Shown here in pieces: positions 39,282 through 51,498 of a stretch of 64,000 bases of DNA (its first letter is position 1; every line of letters starts with the position of its first letter). A program made the translations under genes and the position numbers. The notes beneath the pieces were generated by a model. The model was not told the origin of the DNA and did not search any database. It saw only the letters and a list, made by a program, of their open reading frames with translations. The DNA is from Sulfurimonadaceae bacterium (GTDB taxonomy: Bacteria; Campylobacterota; Campylobacteria; Campylobacterales; Sulfurimonadaceae): assembly GCA_041571435.1 (NCBI GenBank), contig JBFFUI010000001.1:83506-147505 (forward strand). Reading direction: 5' to 3'.

Positions 39282-40325
39282 TTGAACCGCTTATTTATCG
39301 AATTCAGAGATCCACTGTTTGGTATCATCATCTTCTTTTGCCTTGTGTTTGTCATCGCGCTGATCTCCTATTGGTGGGGGCAGTTCAAGCGCAAAGAGGA
39401 GTCCTATCGCCTTGAGAGTTTTCTTGATGTCTTTAACTCCATGCCGACAGAGCAGGAGTTAAGGACGCTAATGAGCTCCAATACGATCTCCGACAAATCA
39501 GCACTGATCATGGCGCAGACCTTCTATCAAAACGGTGACTACGAGAAGTGTATAGAGATCTATCTTATCATGCTCGAGATACAAAAAGATCCGATGGAGA
39601 AGAAAGAGACCTTGTACCTTTTGGGACAGACCTATTTCAAGGCCGGTTTTCTGGAACGCGCACAAGAGATCTTCTTGCAGATCCTGAAACAGTTCCCCAG
39701 AACACCAAAAGCGCTGCGGTATCTGCTGATCATCTATGAGAAAATGCACCAATTCGACAAGGCACTTGAGGTTCTGGAACCTCTTGATGAACTGGGCATC
39801 GATAATAAAAAAGACCGCATCTACCTGCAGTGTGTCTCCATTATCCGTAGTGCACAGTACGGCGTTGATGAAAAAGCACGGCTTCTGTTGGCACTCTACC
39901 AGGAACACCATCTCTTAAGCTACCTTATCTTTGAATACCTCTTTCGCTTCACACCGGATCTGGCCTGGAAAAACCTTGACTTAGGTGAGGCTGAACGCAT
40001 CGTCGACATACTCTGGAATGCGCGTGAGGCTGAGGCTAATTTGGATATAATTTCATCTAACAGTTATCTGCGTGAGCTCTTTAGCGCCAAGGGGCTGGAG
40101 CGATTGGCACAAGAGAGCAGTATATTTGAGTTTGATATTCTGATCAAGCTCAACACAGCCGAACAGAGTGGAGCGACCTTGCAGTTCGATTACCTTTGCG
40201 GCGAGTGCAAACAGATCTATCCATTCAGCTTTCACAGATGCCCAAACTGCCACAGTATCGACTCGGTTGTGACCGAGATACTTTTAACAAAGGATCAAAT
40301 TGAAGCAAATTACTCTCTTCAGTGA
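39282..40325 (+). CDS. TPR protein with C-terminal rubredoxin-like Zn/Fe knuckle (LapB-like)
   Basis: N-terminal TM, TPRs (LGQTYFKAGFLERA), CGEC...CPNC. Confidence 0.75.
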   Translation: MNRLFIEFRDPLFGIIIFFCLVFVIALISYWWGQFKRKEESYRLESFLDVFNSMPTEQELRTLMSSNTISDKSALIMAQTFYQNGDYEKCIEIYLIMLEIQKDPMEKKETLYLLGQTYFKAGFLERAQEIFLQILKQFPRTPKALRYLLIIYEKMHQFDKALEVLEPLDELGIDNKKDRIYLQCVSIIRSAQYGVDEKARLLLALYQEHHLLSYLIFEYLFRFTPDLAWKNLDLGEAERIVDILWNAREAEANLDIISSNSYLRELFSAKGLERLAQESSIFEFDILIKLNTAEQSGATLQFDYLCGECKQIYPFSFHRCPNCHSIDSVVTEILLTKDQIEANYSLQ

Positions 40326-40731
40326 CGGTAGTGCCCTGGGCAATCCCGGTCCCGGTGGTTATGGGACGATCCTGCGCTATCATAACAGTGAACGCATCCT
40401 CAGCGGCGGTGAAGCCCATACAACCAATAACCGCATGGAGCTGCTGGGTGTCATCGAAGGGTTGAGAGCACTCAAAGAGCCCTGCGCGGTCGAAGTGATA
40501 TCGGACTCCTCCTATGTTGTCAAAGGGATCAATGAGTGGCTCGATGGCTGGATCAAAAGGGGCTTTAAAAAAGTCAAGAACCCCGATCTTTGGCATGAAT
40601 ACCTGAAGGCAGCCGAGCCTCATCAGGTCCACGGCACCTGGGTCAGAGGTCATGACGGTCATGATGAGAACGAGCGGTGCGACGACATCGCCCGTGCCAA
40701 AGCCGAAGAGTTTAAAGCACTCCTGAACTAA
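40300..40731 (+). CDS. rnhA: Ribonuclease HI
   Basis: [30 protein letters not shown]. Confidence 0.97.
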   Translation: MKQITLFSDGSALGNPGPGGYGTILRYHNSERILSGGEAHTTNNRMELLGVIEGLRALKEPCAVEVISDSSYVVKGINEWLDGWIKRGFKKVKNPDLWHEYLKAAEPHQVHGTWVRGHDGHDENERCDDIARAKAEEFKALLN

Positions 40732-40748
40732 ATTTTGAAAGGTTACAG

Positions 40749-41429
40749 ATGGAAGATATAAAAAAGCTGGAAGATCGACTTAACTACAGTTTTAAAAACA
40801 AAAAGCTCATTATTGAAGCGCTGACGCACAAAAGCTATAAACAGCCCTACAATAATGAACGTTTAGAGTTTTTGGGAGACGCGGTACTCGACCTCATCGT
40901 CGGACAGTACCTTTTTGAGAAGTTCCCCAATCATGACGAAGGCAAGCTCTCGAAGATGCGCGCCTCCCTTGTCAACGAAGAGGGGTTTACACGGCTGGCC
41001 GAGCATCTTGGGTTGGGCGAACAGCTCTTTATGTCCAATGCCGAAGAGAACAACGGCGGGCGCTCCAAACCCTCCCTCCTCTCCAATGCCTTCGAAGCGA
41101 TCATCGGGGCATTCTACCTCGAAGCGGGCCTGGAGCAGGCGAGAAAGATCAGTATCAGCCTCCTCGAAGAGGTCCACCCCGACATCTCGCTTGACACCCT
41201 CTTTAAAGATTACAAGACCACGCTTCAGGAGATGACGCAGGCGCTCTTCGGTACAACACCAGAGTATAAACTCGTCGGTTCACACGGACCCGACCATAAA
41301 AAAGAGTTTGAGATCGCCGTCTTTGTGGACGACAAAGAGTACGCCCGCGCAAGTGGAAAAAGCAAAAAGATAGCCCAGCAAGAGGCTGCATCCATTGCGA
41401 TCAATCTGTTAAATAGAGGTGAATCATGA
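40749..41429 (+). CDS. rnc: Ribonuclease III
   Basis: [12 protein letters not shown]; ds[11 protein letters not shown]...SKKIAQQ. Confidence 0.97.
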   Translation: MEDIKKLEDRLNYSFKNKKLIIEALTHKSYKQPYNNERLEFLGDAVLDLIVGQYLFEKFPNHDEGKLSKMRASLVNEEGFTRLAEHLGLGEQLFMSNAEENNGGRSKPSLLSNAFEAIIGAFYLEAGLEQARKISISLLEEVHPDISLDTLFKDYKTTLQEMTQALFGTTPEYKLVGSHGPDHKKEFEIAVFVDDKEYARASGKSKKIAQQEAASIAINLLNRGES

Positions 41430-42502
41430 ACCGTTTCGGCATCCGCTTTAGCTTCTCGACATTCGGGGAGTCGCACGGCAAGGCTATCGGCTGTCTGATC
41501 GATGGTGTACCGGCAGGACTCACTATCGATGAGGCCTATATTCAGGCCCAGCTTGACCGTCGCAAACCCGGTCAAAACGAATATGCCACTGCCCGCAAAG
41601 AGGCCGACAGTGTTGAGATCCTGAGCGGTGTGTTCGAAGGTAAAAGTACCGGGACCCCTATTGCGATGGTCATCTACAACACCAACCAGAAGTCCAAAGA
41701 TTACTCCAATATCAAAGACACCTTCCGACCCGGTCATGCCGACTTTACCTACTGGCACAAATACGGTATCCGCGATTACCGCGGCGGCGGACGCTCTTCG
41801 GCGCGCGAAACAGCGGCAAGGGTAGCAGCCGGCGCCGTTGCCAAGATGATGTTGAATGAGCTCGACATCAGTGTCGAAAGCGGCATCACGGAGATCGCCG
41901 GGATCCAGGCTGAGGCATTGGACTACAGTTATGTTGCAGGCAGCGAGATCTACGCTTTGGACAAAGGTGTTGAACAGGCACAAAAAGACGCGATCCTCGA
42001 AGCCAAGAGCCGCCATGATTCTGTCGGCGGTGTGGCGCAGGTCAGAATGACTAATCTGCCTATTGGTCTGGGCGAGCCGCTCTACTATAAACTCGACGGT
42101 GTCCTTGCCGAAGCGATGATGGGTATCAATGCGGTCAAGGCTGTTGAGATCGGTGACGGTGCGGCAAGTGCCAAAGCCTTTGGCTCGACCAACAACGATC
42201 CGATCCGAAACAGCGGTTTTGAATCTAACCACGCCGGCGGTATCCTCGGTGGTATCAGCAACGGTGAGGAGGTCCGCATCAACGTCTACTTCAAACCGAC
42301 CCCTTCCATCTTTATGGAACAGCATACCACGACAACAAATGATGAAGAGGTAGACTTCGCTCTAAAAGGCCGTCATGACCCTTGTGTCGCTATCCGCGGA
42401 TCTGTCGTTGCTGAAGCAATGGCGGCACTCGTCGTTGCTGATATGGTACTGCTCAATATGGGACGGACTATGGATGGTGTTAAAGGGTACTATAAAGCGT
42501 AG
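41426..42502 (+). CDS. aroC: Chorismate synthase
   Basis: GESHG, RPGHAD, RSSARET, RHDPC. Confidence 0.98.
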   Translation: MNRFGIRFSFSTFGESHGKAIGCLIDGVPAGLTIDEAYIQAQLDRRKPGQNEYATARKEADSVEILSGVFEGKSTGTPIAMVIYNTNQKSKDYSNIKDTFRPGHADFTYWHKYGIRDYRGGGRSSARETAARVAAGAVAKMMLNELDISVESGITEIAGIQAEALDYSYVAGSEIYALDKGVEQAQKDAILEAKSRHDSVGGVAQVRMTNLPIGLGEPLYYKLDGVLAEAMMGINAVKAVEIGDGAASAKAFGSTNNDPIRNSGFESNHAGGILGGISNGEEVRINVYFKPTPSIFMEQHTTTTNDEEVDFALKGRHDPCVAIRGSVVAEAMAALVVADMVLLNMGRTMDGVKGYYKA

Positions 42503-42529
42503 CGCTTTCGTATCTTAGCAGACTGGGTA

Positions 42530-43138
42530 CTACTTCCTGTTTGGCAATCCCGGTGTTGCTTTGTCCAGCGTCTCCAAAAGATGCTGTTCTCTCTCTTCGG
42601 AGAGCTTCCCGCTGGCAATGGTGTCGAGGATCTTCTCAGCCATCTTGACCTGAAGCTCTTTCTCGCGAATAAACATCTCTTTCTGCAACTCGTTTTCGTG
42701 CATCATTAGTTTGTCTTCACGGCGTTTTTTAAAGATATAAAAAGCAAGCGCCAAAAAGGAGAGCGTCGCGAGTGCTGCAACAAGAAGCGTGCTGTTTTTA
42801 AAGGCGAACTCGCTCTCTTGTACAAAGACAGAGAGATTATGCTCTTTGAGAGCCATCTCGTTTTGCGTTTTGAGTTCGCTCAGTCTTGTCTCCTGCTCCA
42901 TCTTATGAAGTGCCATATCCCGCTCTTTGTTGATCTTGGCGATCTCTTTTTGGGTCTCAGCTTCGATCGCCGCTATCGTAACGGCACTGCTCTGGTTTTT
43001 ACTTGCGACGGTATGGACCCGTTTTTTATCCGTCGGCTTTTCGCCCATTATGTACGGCTCTTGTCGGTTATTGTCTCCGCAGCCCGCAATAAATGCAGCC
43101 AGGATCAGTAAAATAGTGTATCTATATACCTGTTTCAT
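42530..43138 (-). CDS. Lipoprotein with coiled coils and an internal TM segment
   Basis: MKQVYRYTILLILAAFIAGC lipobox; second hydrophobic segment LLVAALATLSFLALAFYIF followed by KKRR. Confidence 0.7.
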   Translation of the reverse strand: MKQVYRYTILLILAAFIAGCGDNNRQEPYIMGEKPTDKKRVHTVASKNQSSAVTIAAIEAETQKEIAKINKERDMALHKMEQETRLSELKTQNEMALKEHNLSVFVQESEFAFKNSTLLVAALATLSFLALAFYIFKKRREDKLMMHENELQKEMFIREKELQVKMAEKILDTIASGKLSEEREQHLLETLDKATPGLPNRK

Positions 43139-43181
43139 AACGGTTATTCTACACAACTGTCGGTAAATACCTTCTCGTGAT

Positions 43182-44651
43182 CTACAGGTGTTTGTCAAAC
43201 CAGCTTGCCACCTCACTACGGATGGTGTGGCGCAGCTGGATACCCGCTACGAAATCCGTCTGTTTAGCTTTTTGCAGCAGTGTGACAAGTGCATTGCGCC
43301 GTTTGGACAGGAACGGGTGATCGATCTGATGCGGATCACCCATGACGACCAGACGCGTCTCATCACCCATACGGGTACCGATCAGTTTCAGTGTCGCGTT
43401 GGTCATGTTCTGTGCTTCATCGATAATGACAAATTTTCGTGAAATCGTCGTACCGCGAAGGTGGGCGATGTCCATCACTTCGATGTTGTACTTTGCCATG
43501 AACTGCTCCGTCGCGTTTTCACGTTGGATGGAGTTCGTAGTTCCTGTAAACTCCACCTGCGCATCGATGGAGTGTTTTGTCTGATGTTCAATCGTAAAAT
43601 TGACCGCAGAATAGAGCGGATACATAAAGTAGCCCAATTTCTGTTCCTGGTCCCCTTTACGAAAACCCAATTCAGCCTGAGGATCACTTGCTGTCACGGT
43701 GTTGCGTGCATAGACGATCCCCTCGACGATCCCCTCTTTTACCATCTCCAAACCGGCCTGGAGTGCAATCAGTGTCTTCCCCGAACCTGTTGATCCTGCA
43801 ACAACTGTCACGCTGTTCTGGGGGTGTGTCAGTATGGAGTAATAAAACTTCTGTTCTAAGTTGATAGGACGGACCAGGTTCTCGTCAAAATACTCACCGA
43901 AGCGTTTATCAAAGTCGCACCACTCCAGATGGTTATTCACATTCATTGCATACCGTTGAATACCCGTCTCGTACAACTCGTTCTGTTCGCTGCTTGCTTT
44001 CTCTATAAAGGTGATCTGCTCAAAATTGTGATGCTCATCGTCATCATCGATCTTGGGTTCATCATGATAGTAGTAGCAGTGTGCAAATTCTATGTTGTCG
44101 GCATTTTCAACACGCGAATTACGTATAGACTCCGTAGGGATGCCCTGCACTTCGGCCGCGATCTTGAACGAGATATCATTGGTCAACAGCGAAAGGCTAT
44201 AATCCTTGGCAATTTCACCGATTTTGGCATCGTTCAGTCCTTTTGCTTCGCTGAAGGTCCTATCCATCCGGTAGTCACTGCGATAGACAATATAGAGAGG
44301 AATCTCATTGTCATAGTCATGATTGCCCAGCACAGAGGGCTCAAACGGCAGGACTAAGCGGTAATAGAGGTCGTCTTTACAGGCCGCATTACTTGCGCCC
44401 TTTTTTAGACAACCCGGCAGCTCTTCAGAGGTGATCATTCCGCTCTTGTCATTATCCGAAAGCCTGAAAAACTCTCTTGCGCGAAAGCCGGCATCGGAAC
44501 GCATATCATCTTTTTTATTGTTGAGTTCGGCTAAAACAACATCGGTAATAGCGACAATATTTTTATTGTTTTCAGAGATTCTGAGAATGTTTATCGGATC
44601 ATCTAAGATAACAGAAGTATCTAGGAGGTAACAGTTTTGTGAATCACTCAA
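43182..44651 (-). CDS. PIN domain + PhoH-like ATPase (PhoH2/YlaK family)
   Basis: LLDTSVILDDP, ND..I, LLTND PIN motifs; GSTGSGKT Walker A, LRGTT, IDEAQN, GDPHQID. Confidence 0.85.
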   Translation of the reverse strand: MSDSQNCYLLDTSVILDDPINILRISENNKNIVAITDVVLAELNNKKDDMRSDAGFRAREFFRLSDNDKSGMITSEELPGCLKKGASNAACKDDLYYRLVLPFEPSVLGNHDYDNEIPLYIVYRSDYRMDRTFSEAKGLNDAKIGEIAKDYSLSLLTNDISFKIAAEVQGIPTESIRNSRVENADNIEFAHCYYYHDEPKIDDDDEHHNFEQITFIEKASSEQNELYETGIQRYAMNVNNHLEWCDFDKRFGEYFDENLVRPINLEQKFYYSILTHPQNSVTVVAGSTGSGKTLIALQAGLEMVKEGIVEGIVYARNTVTASDPQAELGFRKGDQEQKLGYFMYPLYSAVNFTIEHQTKHSIDAQVEFTGTTNSIQRENATEQFMAKYNIEVMDIAHLRGTTISRKFVIIDEAQNMTNATLKLIGTRMGDETRLVVMGDPHQIDHPFLSKRRNALVTLLQKAKQTDFVAGIQLRHTIRSEVASWFDKHL

Positions 44652-44794
44652 GTGGAGTCCTTCAAACTAGGATAGAAGCAGATAAGCGACTTGAACGAAA
44701 TAAGCCAAAATGCTCATAAATCTATTATAGCCACAAAAAAGTAAACTTTGAAATGATCTTATGTCAGTTTTTTAATCAATAAAACGGGAGATAG

Positions 44795-44815
44795 AAAACC
44801 CCGCAACAGCGGGGT
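44795..44815 (-). terminator. Intrinsic terminator after nifU
   Basis: ACCCCGC-AACA-GCGGGGT with a U-tract on the minus strand. Confidence 0.7.
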
Positions 44816-44821
44816 CGGGAT

Positions 44822-45796
44822 TTAGATAGGTAAAACGCGGATCTTGGAAGAGAGCTTCTCTTTAAGCGTCGATTCGATCGCATAAAGTGTACCGGTAGTT
44901 GATGATGAACATGATGAACATGCACCAAGATAGCGGATATAGACATCGACATACTCATCAGAGTTTTTGATGTCGATGACTTCCATGTTACCGCCGTCCA
45001 TAACCAGAAACTGACGTACGCTCTCATCGACTACAGCATCGATCGCTTTGATCTGCTGGACAAGTGTCATAGATTCAAAGTCACCGGCCGCACCGGCATC
45101 TGCTGCTGCAGCCATCTTCTCTTCATCCATCTGCTTACGTGTGTCAGCAAGGATATCCACAAGATAGTACTCGCGGTCTTCGTGACCACCCGGCTTGATA
45201 CAAGACTTACAGAAACCGCCGGCTTTGGTATAGTCTGTGATCTGCTCGACTGTTGTCAGATCATTGAGTTTGATAACCTCTTGAAGGGTTCCGAGTGAGA
45301 CACGAGCACATTCGCACACGATGATCTCTTCTTCAAAAGACTCCGCATCAACACCCATATACAGGCCTGCCGCTTTTTTAATAACGTCATACGCCATGAC
45401 CGAACAGTGCATCTTCTGAGGCGGAACGGCCGGCGTGTCCGGGTCGTCGCGCAGCGCAAACTCAACATCTATGTTCGTGATCTTGACCGCTTCTTGAACA
45501 GTCTTGCCGATACAAAGCTCCGTCATTACATCCGAAGAAGCGATCGCTGTACCACAACCGAAACTTTTGAATTTCGAGTTGACGATCTTGTCTGTCTCAG
45601 GGTCGACTTCCCAGTAAAGACGTACGGCATCACCGCAAGACTCTGCCCCGAAGTCGGCGACGATCAGCTTGTTGCCATGTTCTGCTGCTTCCTCTTCTGT
45701 AATCTCGCCCTGGTGTTGCGGGTTATTCATCAATGTTGTTACTTTATTCGAGTATGCGTCCCATAGGGATTCGCCTAAAATGTCATTCTTTGCCAT
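44822..45796 (-). CDS. nifU: Fe-S cluster scaffold NifU (three-domain)
   Basis: SCGD, FGCG, KMHCS; CEC...CKSC middle domain; GACSSC NfuA-like domain. Confidence 0.95.
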   Translation of the reverse strand: MAKNDILGESLWDAYSNKVTTLMNNPQHQGEITEEEAAEHGNKLIVADFGAESCGDAVRLYWEVDPETDKIVNSKFKSFGCGTAIASSDVMTELCIGKTVQEAVKITNIDVEFALRDDPDTPAVPPQKMHCSVMAYDVIKKAAGLYMGVDAESFEEEIIVCECARVSLGTLQEVIKLNDLTTVEQITDYTKAGGFCKSCIKPGGHEDREYYLVDILADTRKQMDEEKMAAAADAGAAGDFESMTLVQQIKAIDAVVDESVRQFLVMDGGNMEVIDIKNSDEYVDVYIRYLGACSSCSSSTTGTLYAIESTLKEKLSSKIRVLPI

Positions 45797-45820
45797 TATA
45801 AATCCTTTCTATTATATTCG

Positions 45821-47065
<1,245 letters not shown>

Positions 47066-47070
47066 TTAAA

Positions 47071-47089
47071 TAGGACAATATTTATCCTA
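47071..47089. promoter_or_regulatory. Candidate Rrf2/IscR-type operator upstream of nifS
   Basis: TAGGA-CAATATTTA-TCCTA inverted repeat ~33 nt before the start codon. Confidence 0.5.
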
Positions 47090-47320
47090 ATTTCGATTGG
47101 TGAATAATAAACTAAGCGTTGTTATAGCTCGCTTAAGATTTCTTTATACTCATTTGGCTTTAAGAAATGAGATATCTGGATAGAAAGCGCTCAAAAAAGA
47201 GGGGAGGGGAAGTCGGGAGTGTACCGGGCTCAGAGAATGACGCAAAGCGTAATAGCAGCGTTTGGATCACAATGATATATTTTAAGCCATATACCGAGTG
47301 CAAAAAAGTCAAAGGCCTTT

Positions 47321-47851
47321 TTACGCTTTGGCCCGCTTCTCTTTTTGCATACGTTTATACTCTTTTTCAAACTTTTTACGTCGAGCATACGAGAGTTTCT
47401 CTATGAAGAGCTTCCCCTGAAGATGATCCATCTCATGCTGGATGGCTATACTCAAAAGACCTTCAGCATCAATCGAACACTCTTTGCCGTGGCGGTCTTG
47501 ATAGGTAATGCTTACCTTCTCAAAACGTTCCACATCTTCGTAGAACTTCGGCACACTCAGACAGCCCTCTTGATAGACTGTTGTCCCTTCGCTGTAGACG
47601 ATCTTCGGGTTGATGATCTCGAGAAGATTAGCCTTGTCTTGTGCCCCCTCTTCATCATCATTGGGAATGTTGATGATTAGGACATCAATAGCACGGTCCA
47701 CCTGGATCGCGGCAAGACCGATGCCGTTTGTTTCGATCATCGTCTCGTACATGTCATCTAAAAACGCATGCAGATCCGCTGTGAACTCATTGACTGGTTC
47801 AGAAACTTTCTTGAGGCGTTTGTCAGGGTAAGTTACAATTGGAAGGATCAT
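47321..47851 (-). CDS. def: Peptide deformylase
   Basis: GIGLAAIQ, EGCLS, QHEMDHL. Confidence 0.97.
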   Translation of the reverse strand: MILPIVTYPDKRLKKVSEPVNEFTADLHAFLDDMYETMIETNGIGLAAIQVDRAIDVLIINIPNDDEEGAQDKANLLEIINPKIVYSEGTTVYQEGCLSVPKFYEDVERFEKVSITYQDRHGKECSIDAEGLLSIAIQHEMDHLQGKLFIEKLSYARRKKFEKEYKRMQKEKRAKA

Positions 47852-47875
47852 CGTTATTCTTTGAAAAAGAGAAGC

Positions 47876-48469
47876 TTATTCGCTTTTCTCTTTTTTAGTA
47901 AGCACTTCGTCGATCAGACCGTACTCCAGTGACTCTTGGGCACTCATGAAGTTGTCGCGATCCGTGTCCGCTTCGATCGTTTCGATCTTCTGACCTGTAT
48001 TTTTAGCCAGGATATCGTTGAGTTCGGCTTTCATACGCAAAATCTCTTTTGCCTGAATTGCGATATCGCTCGCCTGACCTTGTGCACCACCGAGAGGCTG
48101 ATGGATCATGATACGTGCATGAGGAAGTGCAAAACGCTTGCCTTTTGCACCAGAACTTAACAGAAACGACCCCATAGAAGCCGCTTGACCAATACAGATC
48201 GTCGCAACATCCGGACGGATGTAGTTCATCGTGTCATACATCGCCATACCGGCTGTGACAACACCGCCCGGTGAGTTGATGTAGAAGTAGATATCTTTTT
48301 CCGGATCTTCAGCTTCCAGGAAAAGCATCTGGGCTACGATTGTTGAAGCGACCTGATCGTTCACTTCACCACTCAACATGATAATACGATCTTTTAAAAG
48401 ACGTGAGTAGATGTCATACGAACGCTCACCACGACCTGTCTTCTCAACAACGTAAGGGATATAGCTCAT
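47876..48469 (-). CDS. clpP: ATP-dependent Clp protease proteolytic subunit
   Basis: [26 protein letters not shown]. Confidence 0.98.
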   Translation of the reverse strand: MSYIPYVVEKTGRGERSYDIYSRLLKDRIIMLSGEVNDQVASTIVAQMLFLEAEDPEKDIYFYINSPGGVVTAGMAMYDTMNYIRPDVATICIGQAASMGSFLLSSGAKGKRFALPHARIMIHQPLGGAQGQASDIAIQAKEILRMKAELNDILAKNTGQKIETIEADTDRDNFMSAQESLEYGLIDEVLTKKEKSE

Positions 48470-49770
48470 TACGCGTCTTTACTTGTGTCGTTAAGAAGTT
48501 TCGAAAGGACCTTGTCCTCGATCATGGCCATCTGTACCGCCGGAAGGTAACCCGACTCCTGGTACTGCTTGTAAACAGCTGCAGGATCTTGACCCATCTG
48601 CATCGCTTCAAAGTAGATGGTCTGCATGACTTCCTGCTCTTCAACAGCAATACCTTCCGCTTTAGCCAACGCATCGATGATGAATGTCGCTTTGACCGAA
48701 CGCTCAGCCTCTTCACGACCCTCTTCACGAAGTTCGGTTACTTTTGCCGCATCTTCTTGAAGTGCCTTGATCTCATCTGCGCTCATCGACTGCGCTTTTT
48801 TATTAAGGGCCATATCCATCTCTTGTTCTACAACAAACTTAGGAAGGGCGACGTCGATATTTTCAACAAGGGCTTCAAGCACTTTTGGCTTAAGCTCTTC
48901 ATTGTAAAGCTTGGTTTTTGCTTCGTTTTCAAGCTGTTCCTGGACCTTCTCTTTGACCATATCCATGGTTGCTTCCTCTTCACCCGGAAGCATTTTCGCA
49001 GCAAGTTTGGCATCTTGACGCGGTTTCTTTTTAGTCTGGATCTCGTGAACGGTTACTTTGAATTCAGCGTCTTTGCCGGCAAGTGCTTCACCGCCGTAGT
49101 TTTCAGGGAAAGTGACTTTAACAATTTTCTCTTCACCTTTTTTCATACCAATGACCTGATCTTCGAAACCTGGGATAAACTGACCTGAACCAAGAAGAAG
49201 TGAGAAACCTTGCGCCGCGCCGCCTTCAAAAAGTACACCGTCGATCGAACCTTCAAAGTCGATCAGCGCCGTATCGCCAGATTCAAGTGCACGGTCTTCA
49301 TCGACAGTGATCAGTTCAGCGTGCTGCATTGCAAGTTCATCTATGCGCTCTTTTACAGCCGCTGCAGTGATCTTAGGTGTTTTGAATGCCGGTACAAGTT
49401 TCGCATAGTCGCCTAGATCGATCGCTGGACGCATAGCAACAGTCACTTCGACATTGATACTTTCAGCACCTTTCTCAAACTTAGTTATCTGAGGCTCACC
49501 GATCATATCTTCATTGGCAACACCGATCTCTTTAAGACCCGCAGTCAGTACTTCACGAAGGGCTTCACCCTCTGCATCTTGGTCCAGCTTCTCGCCGTAC
49601 TGCTTTTTAACAGCAGACACAGGTACTTTACCTTTACGGAAACCTGGAATATTGGCTGTCTTTGCAAGCTGTTTTGCGATCTTGTCTACGTTTGAAGCAA
49701 TTGCCTCATTTGTGATCTGTGCTGCGATCGTTGCGTTGGCAGCATCGATTTTGTTCGTTGTAACGTTCAT
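48469..49770 (-). CDS. tig: Trigger factor
   Basis: GFRKGKVP ribosome-binding loop; FKBP domain FIPGFEDQ. Confidence 0.97.
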   Translation of the reverse strand: MNVTTNKIDAANATIAAQITNEAIASNVDKIAKQLAKTANIPGFRKGKVPVSAVKKQYGEKLDQDAEGEALREVLTAGLKEIGVANEDMIGEPQITKFEKGAESINVEVTVAMRPAIDLGDYAKLVPAFKTPKITAAAVKERIDELAMQHAELITVDEDRALESGDTALIDFEGSIDGVLFEGGAAQGFSLLLGSGQFIPGFEDQVIGMKKGEEKIVKVTFPENYGGEALAGKDAEFKVTVHEIQTKKKPRQDAKLAAKMLPGEEEATMDMVKEKVQEQLENEAKTKLYNEELKPKVLEALVENIDVALPKFVVEQEMDMALNKKAQSMSADEIKALQEDAAKVTELREEGREEAERSVKATFIIDALAKAEGIAVEEQEVMQTIYFEAMQMGQDPAAVYKQYQESGYLPAVQMAMIEDKVLSKLLNDTSKDA

Positions 49771-49978
49771 CTAATCCCTTTGTTGTTTGCCCTATAGTTA
49801 TAGTATATCGGCTGGATAAAAATTTTGGCAATAATATCTAAAAAGTACTAACAACTCTATTAGGATATTGAAGCAGCGGCAATATACCAAGCTTAGTTTT
49901 AGTTGCCGCCCATTTAAAAATGGATTTTTCTCAGTCGTTTCGTGCTATTGTTTTACAAATCTATTAAAGAGTACTATT

Positions 49979-50563
49979 TTGAAAAACAACGAACAAGAAG
50001 CCTTTGAATCTGCTGTCCGAACCATGATGAAAAGTGTGGGTGAAGACCCTGAGCGCGAAGGGCTCCTGAAAACACCCGAACGTGTTTTCAAAGCCTACGA
50101 GTTTATGTATGGCGGCTATAAAGAAGACCCTACAGAGATCCTACGGTCGGCTATCTTTACGAGCTCAAATGACGAGATGGTACTGATCAAGGACATCGAG
50201 GTCTATTCCACCTGTGAACATCACCTTCTGCCGATCATCGGACGGGCGCATGTCGCTTACATCCCCGACGGAAAAGTGGTAGGGCTTTCGAAGATTCCCC
50301 GTGTCGTCGATGTTTTCTCACGCCGAATGCAGATCCAGGAGCAGCTCACCGAGCAGATCGCCGAAGCGATCATGGGCGCGCTAGAACCGAAAGGGGTCGC
50401 CGTCGTGATCCAGGCACGCCACATGTGCATGGAGATGCGCGGTGTCGAGAAGATCAACTCGACAACGACATCGAGTGCGCTTCGCGGCCTCTTCAAAAAA
50501 GATGAAAAGACAAGAGCCGAGTTTTTCAACCTCATCAACGCACCGATGGGCAACCGCTACTAA
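49979..50563 (+). CDS. folE: GTP cyclohydrolase I
   Basis: [23 protein letters not shown]-like [15 protein letters not shown] start inferred. Confidence 0.95.
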   Translation: MKNNEQEAFESAVRTMMKSVGEDPEREGLLKTPERVFKAYEFMYGGYKEDPTEILRSAIFTSSNDEMVLIKDIEVYSTCEHHLLPIIGRAHVAYIPDGKVVGLSKIPRVVDVFSRRMQIQEQLTEQIAEAIMGALEPKGVAVVIQARHMCMEMRGVEKINSTTTSSALRGLFKKDEKTRAEFFNLINAPMGNRY

Positions 50564-50642
50564 AGCAAGGCGTTTATGCCGGCCGTTGCAGACCGATAGG
50601 ACCTTCTGCTATAATCAACAAAAATCAAATGGAGACACAAAC

Positions 50643-51221
50643 ATGAAAACCTTAGCACTCTCTCTACTGTTCGGTATGGCAATGGCACATGCGGATTGCA
50701 CTTTCTCCCAATCCGGCAGTGTCGATGTCACCTGGAAAGCCTTCAAAACACCTATGAAAGTTGGCGTCGGCGGCCACTTTACGGATGTCAGCTACAAGGG
50801 CGCGCACCAGAACGCCAAAGAGCTGCAGGCGCTTTTGACCGGTTCGAGCGTCAACATTGTCGTTGCCAGTGTCGACTCAAACAACAAAGGGCGTGACGAA
50901 AAACTGCTTAACGCCTTTTTCAAACAGATGACAGGGCCCGATATTTCGGCAACGATACGCTCACTGAAAAGTGACAGCGGTGCCAATACAGGTATCGTGA
51001 CCGTCGCTGTCGTGATGAACGGAGTGACACGCGACGTACCTATGAAATACAGCTACGCGGACAATACCCTCTCGGCTTCAGGTGTCATCGATTTGACAGA
51101 CTTCAAAGCACAGGCGGCCCTGAAATCGATCAATACTGCCTGTTATGCGCTTCACCAGGGCAAGACATGGAGCGATGTCGACATCGGTTTCACCATGTCG
51201 GTCAAAGCGACCTGCAAATAG
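50643..51221 (+). CDS. YceI-like periplasmic lipid/polyisoprenoid-binding protein
   Basis: Signal peptide after GGAG SD; WKAFKT..KVGV.G.F, S.DS....RD, CxxLHxGKTWSDV. Confidence 0.75.
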   Translation: MKTLALSLLFGMAMAHADCTFSQSGSVDVTWKAFKTPMKVGVGGHFTDVSYKGAHQNAKELQALLTGSSVNIVVASVDSNNKGRDEKLLNAFFKQMTGPDISATIRSLKSDSGANTGIVTVAVVMNGVTRDVPMKYSYADNTLSASGVIDLTDFKAQAALKSINTACYALHQGKTWSDVDIGFTMSVKATCK

Positions 51222-51240
51222 TCATAAAGTGCGTTATTGA

Positions 51241-51258
51241 AGCAGTACAGCTACTGCT
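51241..51258. terminator. Hairpin between convergent yceI-like gene and small ORF
   Basis: AGCAGTA-CAGC-TACTGCT followed by CTTT. Confidence 0.55.
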
Positions 51259-51268
51259 CTTTCTGCGA

Positions 51269-51376
51269 TCAGGGGTTCTCACCCCATCTGCGGTTGCTCT
51301 GCCGATAGTACGATAAAAGCGCCCACACTGAGCCCAAAAGCGCGATTGATCCGACGACTAACATTACACTCTCCAT
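51269..51376 (-). CDS. Candidate 35-aa single-TM small protein
   Basis: MESVMLVVGSIALLGSVWALLSYYRQSNRRWGENP*, below the ORF-track cutoff; purine-rich upstream, hairpin downstream. Confidence 0.5.
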   Translation of the reverse strand: MESVMLVVGSIALLGSVWALLSYYRQSNRRWGENP

Positions 51377-51498
51377 CCTGCTTTTCTCTTCACTGTGAAT
51401 CATAGACAAAATGCCGCAAATCGCCTCTTTCTATGACGGTTTGCCACATTTTACGGTAAATTATATTATTTTCAGTTCTTTATCGGTATATTTGTCCC

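Noticed and set aside
41225-42325. 366-aa minus-strand ORF
   Set aside because: Antisense shadow of rnc/aroC with no independent features. The same applies to the many other antisense ORFs in the track.
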